A DNA stretch of 64,000 nt from Eledone cirrhosa (Eukaryota): assembly GCA_964016885.1 (NCBI GenBank), contig CAXHJY010000612.1, positions 1-64,000 on the forward strand, given 5' to 3'. Within the stretch, counting starts at the first letter, position 1. Each line of letters starts with the position of its first letter. This document shows, piece by piece, positions 51,895 through 64,000 of this stretch. Position numbers and translations under genes: made by a program. The notes beneath the pieces are model-generated. The model was not told where the DNA came from. It made no database searches and worked only from the letters and a program-made list of their open reading frames with translations.

Positions 51895-54800
51895 CCCTGG
51901 AAATGAATACGGGCATACACCGGCCTTATCACAAGCCCAATGAGAACCTGCAATCGAACAGGCAATCGAACCATCCCAAGTCAGTCATAGAAGCAATAGT
52001 TAAAGGGGTATCAAAACGCATATCCACCCTGTCGGCTAACGCAGACGTGTTCAACCAGCACGCTGACTATTATAATGAGGTACTGCACAGGGCTGGTTAC
52101 ACAGAAACCATAGTGTACACTACGGACAGGGAAGAGCCTAGCACCGAGGCAAGCGGATACGACAATAGCAGTAGCACTTCCATAGGTAGACGGAAAGACC
52201 CGGAACTAGATTCCAGGAACACGAGTAGCAGAATAGATCACCACAAGGACGCAAGACTGACAATAAGACAGACGAAGACACACACGGGCGACAGACCACC
52301 CAGTACACGTAGACAGAAGCCCGGCACGAACACCACACGAGTTGCGGAAACTAGAACTAGGGACAGGGTAAGGACAAGTACGGCCGTGAAACCTGGTAGA
52401 GGGAACACCCGGCCCTGTAGCAATGATATAGCCTCGACAACAGCACCACATAGCAGTAACGAGACTAACAGTAGAACCGACAATACAAAACGGAATACCT
52501 CAGTAAGCAAACAGCATAACCCCAACACCCACGGTAGAGATATAGATAGCGACAACATAGGGGACGAAATAACAGGCGGGCTAAACCCGAGACGGACACC
52601 AGACCCAACACACATTCACGCTACCGCACACACACGAAAGAACAAGACAAGGTATAAGGCCGTTACAGGGTTTAACGTGCCGTATTCTAAGCATGTATGC
52701 AGCAATGTACCAGGCCTCTTCTTCCAAGCGTTAGATGAGTGCTTCCCGCTGTCGAGCAGATACCACAAGATTTTCAACCGCCACACGGTGAAGTTTTCCT
52801 TCTCCACCGCACCTAACATGGCCGACTACATGGCCAAAACCAACACGGCGAAGATGAGGAACCTCGACCGTCAACCGCAGTGGCTGAATGACCGGTCCTC
52901 CAGCTACAACCCGGCCCATGCAGCGGCTGCCACGCCTGCGGAAGACAATACAACCCAACGCCGGACTGAAATGATTGGTGGAGAGGAGACCACTGTGTCG
53001 GCAGAACAACACCCAGAAAATCGGGAGAGGGCCGTGGCAGATCAAGGGCCAGGCATCCGAAACAAACAATATAACGATAGAACCTTTGGAGGGAAGATGC
53101 CTAACGAAGGGCCTGGTATATAAATGTGTGGTTAGCACGCACAATATAAAGCGCGCCTACATCAGCGCAACATCCACAACCTTTAAATCACGGATGTATA
53201 ACCACACAAACTCTTTCAAGGACCAGAGCAAGAAGCACTCAACTAGGCTGGCGGACCTGGTGTGGGACTTGAAAGACAAAGGCACCCCGTATGCCCTTAA
53301 CTGGAGTATCATTCGGCACGCGAATGCATATTCGGCTGGAAATAGAAAGTGTAGGCTATGCCAATCCGAGGCCATGGAGATAGTCAGAAGGATGATGCGG
53401 TCAACCTGAAATCGGAAATAATCATGATGTGCAGACACCAGAGAAGGTGCACACTCTCTGCATGGAATCCACCGGGCAGCCCAAGATAAAAGCATGCGGT
53501 GGAGCGCACGCCGACCAGAGTGGCGATACGGGTTCAAGAGATCAGACACCATACCCTGTTGACTATATATGCCCCATGGGGTAAGCCGAAGTAACTCAGG
53601 ATGCCCACCCAACTCTGCACGTCACCCTAGGCAAGAACATCGCCTGAGCCGGGACAGGTTGACCCGGATTCCATTGATATTCAGTCAAATGCTTTACACC
53701 AATAAGACACTATACCTCTACCAAAGTGACATACTCCAGTATGGCCGGTCCACGCACCCCCCTGCATGTGTATCTTTTCAATAGAGAGTGCATACTCTCC
53801 ACGTATTCCATTTTGTAACACCTAATGTATTTTCCATATACAGACCCACGTGTGTATCTCATACTTCTCTTGTGTACTATCTCATATGCATACACGTTCC
53901 TTCTTTTTTTATATATATTCTGCACGCATTTTCTTTGTACGGTCTGCGGATACTATGTACTGTAATACCATGAACGTCCATTATGTGGCTTTGCGTAAAG
54001 ATTCCATACGTGGATTGATCCATGTTCGCAGCGTAACAACACCTCTGTAGGCACATATAACTGGGCGCACCCTTTCATGTATAGCCCACTGTGTATCTCT
54101 ATGTACCATTATATGTATATTTATTTGTATAATTTTAATATATTTTATATTTTATATTTTTTATATATATGTATATATGTATGTATATATATATATATAT
54201 GTATGTGTAGTATCTATGTATTTTTTATATGTGTACATGTTTATAAGATGCATCCTTTCATGTACAACCCATTGTGTATCTTTATATGACTGTGTGTATA
54301 TTCTGTTTATGTATATATATAGATATATATATATTTTTTTTTATGCGTGCGTGTGTGTGTTTGGGAATATGCACATATTTGTAAGAGTGTATATGGGCCA
54401 GTGTGTGTGTGTGTGTACAAGCACCGCTGTAGGGAAAGGGCTTGTTTGTGTGTGTGTGTATATATATATATGCGTGTTTGCGAGCGTGTGTATCTGTGCG
54501 TGTATATATGGGTACGTGTGTATGTGTGTGTGTGCGTGGGTGGAGGACGGGGGGGTCTATGTATATGTCTGGACGTGTTTGCGTGTACGCGTATGTGTGT
54601 ACGTGTTTGTGTGTAAGCGTATGCATGTGTATGAGCATGTGTGTGTACGTGTTGATGTATATAGGCCTGTGGGCATGTGTCTATGTATGTACGTGCCTCT
54701 CTGGATGAATGTATGCGTACGTTTATATGTTTATATGTTCTTAATGTGTGGGTATAGCGGGTGTCTATTTATGTGATTGTGTGTGTGTGGGTGTGTGTGC

Positions 54801-55218
54801 GCGTGTGGATGTGTGACCAAACACAGCAGTAATTCATTGAAGTGTAGCAGACATGGGACAGCGGAATAGTACCTGTGGTCAGAATTATGATGACGTAGAC
54901 AATCAGCGGCCAATCACTGGGCGCGCGAAGAGGATAAAGTTTTTGACGATACTTGCCCATAGGGTCAGACACCCCAGTGAGAAAATATGCTCCGAAATCT
55001 TTAGACGTCTCCGTCGTACATGTGGGTCCAGAATCAGACAGTTAGACACAATGATCGTGTCTCGAGCTGTCCGGCGGCGGAAGAGTTGTAACACACATTA
55101 AATTGAGATGCATCACTGATTTTTCGTTTTATATTATATCATACTCTGCTCTGTAAGAGCATAGAGTGCTCAGCCAGCATACCGCCTATGGTAGCATGTT
55201 AGCTACCATCTGATGCAC
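51895..55218 (+). mobile_element. Penelope-like retroelement, 5'-truncated (RT thumb, linker, GIY-YIG endonuclease, long 3' UTR/pLTR), frameshifted
   Basis: YHKPN...SNHPK...RISTLS; FNVPYS...HKIFNRHTVKFSFS; PLEGRCL..GLVYKC..AYISAT..FKSRMYNH...CRLC...E...CRH. Hydra-like clade is an inference only. Confidence 0.85.
54885..54940 (+). promoter_or_regulatory. Possible pLTR promoter (TGACGT, CAATC/CCAAT boxes, GATAAA)
   Basis: tgatgacgtagacaatcagcggccaatcactgggcgcgcgaagaggataaag in the PLE 3' region. Confidence 0.3.
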
Positions 55219-55248
55219 ATATATATATTATACATATATATATGTATT

Positions 55249-55345
<97 letters not shown>

Positions 55346-55700
55346 CACATATATATATACATATATATATATATTATACACATATATATATACATATATA
55401 TATATATTATACACATATATATATACATATATATATATATTATACACATATATATATACGTATATATATATATTATACACATATATATATACGTATATAT
55501 ATATATTATACACATATATATATACATATATATATATTATACACATATATATATACATATATATATATTATACACATATATATATATATATTATACATAT
55601 ATTATACATATATATATATATTATACATATATTATACATATATATATATATATTATACATATATATATATATATATATTATACATATATTATACATATAT

Positions 55701-57268
55701 ATCATCATCAACGTTTAACGTCCGTGTTCCACGCTTGCATGGGTTTGGACGGGGGTTTTCCCTCTTGAGGCAAGAGTGATTGTCTTGCTCGCATAGGACT
55801 GTCTGGCAGGTTTTCTACAGTTGGATGCCCTTCCTAACACCAACCAATTTTACAGTGTGGGTCTGGGAGGTTTTTACCGTGTTGCCTACACGGCCACATT
55901 ACAGCGTGGACTGTGTGTTTTTTTGTCGTGACACCTACACGATCTCATTTGTTTCGGCCTGGATGGTGTGGCACCAACATAACTTTACATAGAAGGGGCG
56001 GTGTGGATGGGGTGGGGGTGGTGGGATGGGGGTGTATTTTGTTAGAGATGCCTACTGACTGTAGTAGGTTTTACTATGTATTTAGGTAGGCGGGTCTTCT
56101 CTATTACTGAGTACCGCCAAAGGTCTCGGTCCAGTGACATTGTCTTGGAGAGGTGTAAGTGTGTGAGGTCGGAGTTTATCAGCTCGTCCCAGGTTTTTCT
56201 AGGTCTGCCTATTCCGTGGCTACCGTCTATCTTTATTGCCCTGCACTTTGTTATACAGCTATCGACTTTCATGCGCATCACGTCTCCATACCAACATAGC
56301 CTTCTCTCGAGTAAACAGCATCTGATCCCTCCTATTTCTAATTTTTTCCTTAGTTCGTTTATGCTTTCACGTTCACGTATATTACTATTACACATCCAGC
56401 GGAGCATGCAAGCTTCGTTCCTCTCTAGTCTGCGTATATCCTCTGCACACAATGACCAGATCTCACTGCCATGCAACATTGCTGTTCGTATGCAGGCATC
56501 ATACAACCTGCCTTTCGTTTTTAGGGAGAACCCTTTAGCGGCTAAAAGTGGTATAAGCTCTCTGAACTTTTTCCATCCAGTTCTGACTCTAGCTACTGTA
56601 CTTTCAGAGCACCCTCCCCCACTGCTGATTTTGTCACCCAGGTAACGGAAGCTGTCCACTATTTCTATAGAGCCCTCTGCGCAGTTGAAAGAGCTAGTAT
56701 TTTGTGGGCACTTGCTGCTACGTATTGCACCAGAGCACCGGCCACATGTGAAATCTATGTTCTTAGTTAGCTTACCTGTGATCCCACTACATCTTTTATG
56801 CACCCATACTTTGCATTTCTGACACAAAATGGAGTTTCTACCTACGCCTTACCTACACACTGAGCATGGCCACTTCCCGGAAGGGACCGCCGCCTTATTT
56901 TCTTTCCTACAAACTAGAACTTTGGTCTTAGCCAGACTAATTTTAAGACCTTTTGATTCTAGGCCTTGCTTCCATGTTTGGAATTTCTTGTCTAGCTCGG
57001 CCATTGATTCAGCTATGAGTGTTAGGTCGTCTGCGTATAGGAGTTCCCATGGGCAGCCGGTCTTGAACTCCTCTATTATAGCCTGAAGGGCAATAATAAA
57101 TAGTAGGGGGCTGAAAACAGAGCCCTGATGGACGCCAACTTTTACGCTAAACTCTTCACTATATTCGTTGTTAATTCTAACCTTGTTGACTGTTTCTTTA
57201 TACATGGCTTGTATAGCTCTCGCAAGCCATTCGTCGAAGGCTTTCTCCAAGTCGACAAAAGCTAAATA
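55701..57268 (-). mobile_element. RTE-clade LINE family A, truncated, frameshifted
   Basis: ORFs 56849-57250 and 56042-56827; deletion EKAFD|EWL; 3' UTR and tail. Confidence 0.9.
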
Positions 57269-59098
<1,830 letters not shown>

Positions 59099-59926
59099 AA
59101 GATCCCGCTGGTACAACCGCTGGTACAACCATCGCCATTCATTCAAGAAGGAGGCCAAAAGGAAAAGCACAGCTCTCTCCGACCTGATCTGGAAGCTTAA
59201 GCTGGACAGGACCCCATACTCTCTGGCCTGGTACATAATCAGGAAAGTACCACCCGATAAAGGGGGATCTTGCATATGCAAACTATGCCTGAACGAGACC
59301 CTCGAGATACTAAGAGGTGGAAGCGGCCTGATAAACCTCAGAACCGACTTCTTCGGGACATGCAGACACCTTAGAGCCGGGACCTTTCTCAAAATATATG
59401 GACAGTAGCAACACAAGAAGATGTGAACTCCCCTCAAGCTATAGGGACTTCTACAGAACATGAAAACACCTCTCGGCCAGACCTCCCTCAAGCTATACGG
59501 ACAATTACAACACCCTAGGTTGTGAACTCCCCTCAAGCCATAGGGAACAACCCAGGCGGAGCAGACACCATGATAGCCTAGAGACAGAATCGGACACAGC
59601 CATAATAATCTGGCCAACATCTATAACACAAACACTTTTAATTTACCAGATTTCTGACTTTAAAGTTCCAATCTTAAATCTTGATTTCTCTATATTAATT
59701 TGTTATTTGTTTTCTGCCCTCTTCACTGTATAACCTTATATTTATATTTATTTTAAGTTGAGATAGATTATAACACAAACACATTGAATATCTCATCTTA
59801 ACATCTTGTATCATACCAATCTATCCAACATATTCTGACCTTGAGATTGGTTATAGCACACACACACACACACTTTATCCTACATTATTTCTCACTTCTC
59901 ATACCGATACTGCCAATCCACCTCCA

Positions 59927-60112
59927 GGGGGGTGGATTGGCAGTATCGGTAGAGGGTCGGACGCCATGCTTTCCAGCATAGTTACGTCCCTTTACGATCT
60001 GAGTTCAAAATCCCGCCGAGGTTGACTTTGCCTTTCATCCTTACGGGGTCGATAAAATAAAGTACCAGTAATGCACTGGGTAATTGCTGGCCTTGTGTCA
60101 AAAGTAGAAACA
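59927..60112 (+). mobile_element. tRNA-derived Nin/Deu-like SINE with 17-bp TSD
   Basis: Near-identical to the 48870 SINE; TSD attatttctcacttctc at 59884-59900 and 60113-60129. Confidence 0.85.
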
Positions 60113-60824
60113 ATTATTTCTCACTTCTCCATATACATTATCATTACTTTTTCACCAATCTCTCATTTACTCTTTATTCTTTATTCTCTATTTATTTATT
60201 TATTTTCAAATTACACAAATTATATTAATTATTTTATTTTATTATATTATTTATTTATCTTCTGTTTTCTTCATTTATTGCCTTATATTTCTTCATATAC
60301 ATGAAATAACCCCCCCCCCCCTGCCACCACCACTACGATGGTGGCGGGTGGGATGAAGAGAAAACACAAACTGAATACTTCTAAATTGTTAGCAGCAGCA
60401 AGATATAAGCTGACCACTACAACAACAACAGTACCAAAATAATGGTGGAGGTCAAATGTACTGAAAAATAGCAGGCATAAACACTACAGGGAGCCTCACC
60501 CCAGAAAGAATTCTATAGACTTCTGACTGAGGAATGCTCTCAGAACTGAACAATGGGAAGTTTGACACATTTTTTGATATTTTGTTCCTTCAACACCTTC
60601 TACCATTTTATCAATTTTTTAAGCTAACTCCAACAATGACAACACTAATAACTGACCAATGAGAGGAGAAGGGGACCTGTGACACTAAAATTCATTTGTT
60701 TGAATTCATATGACTCCAGTTCCCCAGTGAATTAAGAACCCAACAAGGAACTGGGCATATCAGAGTATTGACAATGTCATACACCTAAACAACATATGTA
60801 CTTGTCTATACCATACTAATTCAA

Positions 60825-60879
60825 ACTGCCTGAAGAGGTCACAGCCAAAGATGGCTGTCACTGAAATATATGTAGCAGT
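60825..60879 (+). ncRNA. Type I hammerhead ribozyme in the Penelope pLTR
   Basis: actgc CTGAAGA ggtcacagcca-aaga-tggctgtcact GAAA T ATAT GTA gcagt, followed directly by AATAAA. Confidence 0.85.
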
Positions 60880-60958
60880 AATAAACGAAGCTAAATTTTA
60901 ATCATTTGACTTTTATTTAACTTTATTTTATATTTATATATATATATATATGTATAAT

Positions 60959-61022
<64 letters not shown>

Positions 61023-61057
61023 GTATAATATATATTATACATATATATATATATGTT

Positions 61058-61096
<39 letters not shown>

Positions 61097-61137
61097 ATAT
61101 ATGTATAATATATATTATACATATATATATATATGTT

Positions 61138-61231
<94 letters not shown>

Positions 61232-61335
61232 CATATATATATATATATTATATATACGTATATGTATTATACATATATATATATATATTATATATACGTA
61301 TATGTATTATACATATATATATATATATATATATT

Positions 61336-61364
<29 letters not shown>

Positions 61365-61366
<2 letters not shown>

Positions 61367-61969
61367 CTCGAGAGAAGGCTACGTTGGTATGGACACGTGA
61401 TGCGCATGAAAGTCGATAGCTGTATAACAAAGTGCAGGGGCAATAAAGATAGATGGTAGCCACGGAATAGGCAGACCTAGAAAAACCTGGGACGAGCTGA
61501 TAAACTCCGACCTCACACACTTACACCTCTCCAAGACAATGTCACTGGACCGAGACCTTTGGCGGTACTCAGTAATAGAGAAGACCCGCCTTACCTAAAT
61601 ACATAGTAAAACCTACTACAGTCAGTAGGCATCTCTAACAAAATACACCCCCGTCCCACCACCCCCACCCCATCCACACGCCCCCTTCTATGTAAAGTTA
61701 TGTTGGTGCCACACCATCCAGGCCGAAACAAATGAGATCGTGTAGGTGTCACGACAAAAAAACACACAGTCCACGCTGTAATGTGGCCGTGTAGGCAACA
61801 CGGTAAAAACCTCCCAGACCCACACTGTAAATGTGGTTGGTGTTAGGAAGGGCATCCAACTGTAGAAAACCTGTCTATGCGAGCAAGACAATCACTCTTG
61901 CCTCAAGTGGAAAACCCTCGTCCAAACCCATGCAAGCGTGGAACACGGACGTTAAACGTTGATGATGAT
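61365..61969 (+). mobile_element. RTE family A 3' fragment
   Basis: [13 protein letters not shown], 3' UTR and (GAT)n tail. Confidence 0.88.
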
Positions 61970-61986
61970 ATTATAATATATATATA

Positions 61987-62018
<32 letters not shown>

Positions 62019-62116
62019 TATACATATATATATATATATTATACATATATATATATATAATATATATATATTATACATGTATATATATATATATTATACA
62101 TATATATATATATATT

Positions 62117-62158
<42 letters not shown>

Positions 62159-62198
62159 GATATTAAACAAATGGAAACTATATTTATAAAACCATATT

Positions 62199-62264
62199 TA
62201 TTTCATTATACATATTTCAGGGATACCATATTAAAAATATGGCATGCCTTCGTCAGATAAAATA
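62199..62264 (-). ncRNA. Type I hammerhead ribozyme in a short insert (~62158-62340)
   Basis: tattttat CTGACGA aggcatgccatatt-ttt-aatatggtatccct GAAA T ATGT ATA atgaaata; stems I and III match the 31661 HHR, stem II differs. Confidence 0.82.
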
Positions 62265-62342
62265 CAACATATAAACAGTTTTATAAATAATTTTGACGTA
62301 CCATAATATGAGCGACCATTAAATTGGGAGGCTGCCTATATT

Positions 62343-62400
<58 letters not shown>

Positions 62401-62417
62401 CATATATATATATATAT

Positions 62418-63333
62418 ATCATCATCATCATCATCATCATCAGGTTTAGCGTCCGTGTTCCACGCTTGCATGGGTTTGGACGGGGGTTTTCCCACTTGAG
62501 GCAAGAGTGGTTGTCTTGCTCGCATAGGACTGTCTGGCGGGTTTTCTACAGTTGGATGCCCTTCCTAACACCAACCACATTTACAGTGTGGGGCTGGGAG
62601 GTTTTTACCGTGTTGCCTACACGGCCACATTACAGCGTGGACTGTCTGGCGGGTTTTCTACAGCTGGATGCCCTTCCTAACACCAACCACATTTACAGTG
62701 TGGGGCTGGGAGGTTTTTACCGTGTTGCCTACACGGCCACATTTACAGCGTGGACTGTGTGTTTTTTTGTCGTCACACCTACACGATCTCATTTGTTTCG
62801 GCCTGGATGTTGTGGGACCAACATAACTGTACATTGAAAGGGGCGGTGTGGATGGGGTGGAGGTGGTGGGACGGGGGGTTGTTTTGATAGAGATGCCTAC
62901 TGACTGTAGTAGGTTTTTACTTTGAATTTAGGTAAGGCGGGTCTTCTCTATTACTGAGTACCGCCAAAGGTCTCGGTCCAGTGACATTGTCTTGGAGAGG
63001 TGTAAGCGTGTGAGGTCGGAATTTATCAGCTCGTCCCATGTTTTTCTGGGTCTGCCTACTCCGTGGCTACCGTCTATCTTTATTGCCCTGCACTTTGTTA
63101 TACAGCTGTCGTCTTTCATGCGCATCACGTGACCGTACCAACGTAGCCTTCTCTCGAGTAAACAACATCTGATCCCTCTTATTTCTAATTTTTTCCTTAG
63201 TTCGTTTATGCTTTGCCGTTCACGTATATTACTATTGCACATCCAGCGGAGCATGCAAGCTTCGTTCCTCTCTAGTCTGCGTATATCCTCTGCACACAAT
63301 GCCCAGGTCTCACTGCCATGCAGCATTGCTGTT
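62418..63333 (-). mobile_element. RTE family A 3' fragment with ~110-bp tandem duplication in the UTR
   Basis: [10 protein letters not shown]...EKTRLT*; the segment ggactgtctggcggg...cagcgt is repeated. Confidence 0.88.
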
Positions 63334-63337
63334 ATAT

Positions 63338-63398
<61 letters not shown>

Positions 63399-63642
63399 AT
63401 ACATATATATATAATACATATATATATATATATAATACATATATATATATATATATATATAATACATATATATATATATATAATACATATATATATATAT
63501 ATATATATATAATACATATATATATATATATATATAATACATATATATATATATATATATATGTATTATATATATATATATATATATATAATACATATAT
63601 ATATATATATATAATACCTATATATAAATATATATATATATA

Positions 63643-63676
<34 letters not shown>

Positions 63677-63781
63677 CATATATATATATATATATATATA
63701 ATACATATATATATATATATATATATAATACATATATATATATATATATATATAATACATATATATATATATATATATATA

Positions 63782-63815
<34 letters not shown>

Positions 63816-63868
63816 CATATATATATATATATATATATAATACATATATATATATATATATATATATA

Positions 63869-63902
<34 letters not shown>

Positions 63903-63922
63903 CATATATATATATATATATA

Positions 63923-63956
<34 letters not shown>

Positions 63957-64000
63957 CATATATATATATATATATATATATAATACATATATATATATAT
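63334..64000. repeat. (TA)n with TATAATACATA variant
   Basis: Direct inspection. Confidence 0.95.

Larger units (their letters stand above)
59099..60932 (+). mobile_element. Penelope-like 3' fragment (GIY-YIG C-terminus, UTR, pLTR with HHR)
   Basis: RWYNHRHSFKKEAKRKSTALSDLIWKLK...WYIIRK...CKLCLNETLEI...INLRTDFFGTCRH; tgtgaactcccctcaagc repeats in the UTR; HHR at 60825. Confidence 0.8.

Noticed and set aside
54965-55012. Possible HHR in the Penelope 3' region (ccagtgag...ctccgaaa)
   Set aside because: No intact CUGANGA and poor stems; at best a relic.
59420-59550. CRISPR-like short direct repeats (ccctcaagctata)
   Set aside because: Only three imperfect copies in a eukaryotic retroelement UTR; no cas genes.

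Overview
Very AT-rich eukaryotic window, probably octopus/cephalopod (inferred from the repeat landscape, Nin/Deu- and CORE-like tRNA SINEs and the C2H2 gene). More than half is degenerate (TA)n/(TATACA)n microsatellite, so nearly all Y/I/H/M/C/V-rich ORFs in the track are artefacts. The only clear host gene is a 16-finger C2H2 zinc-finger ORF (37592-39292, -). Most of its recognition helices are DxSHLxR, which predicts (GGC)n binding. Other content: about nine long and several short 5'-truncated RTE LINE copies (two main families, (GAT)n tails, PHD-like finger after RT), two Penelope-like (GIY-YIG) fragments, SINEs, MITEs and Helitron remnants. The main finding is eight to nine minimal type I hammerhead ribozyme (HHR) motifs in non-coding elements inserted in the TA tracts. 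These include two related ~460-nt tandem retrozyme-like units with covarying stems, HHRs with ~100-nt stem II insertions, and a C.C mismatch at stem II position 4 shared by four HHRs. All folds were read by eye; no search or folding program was run.
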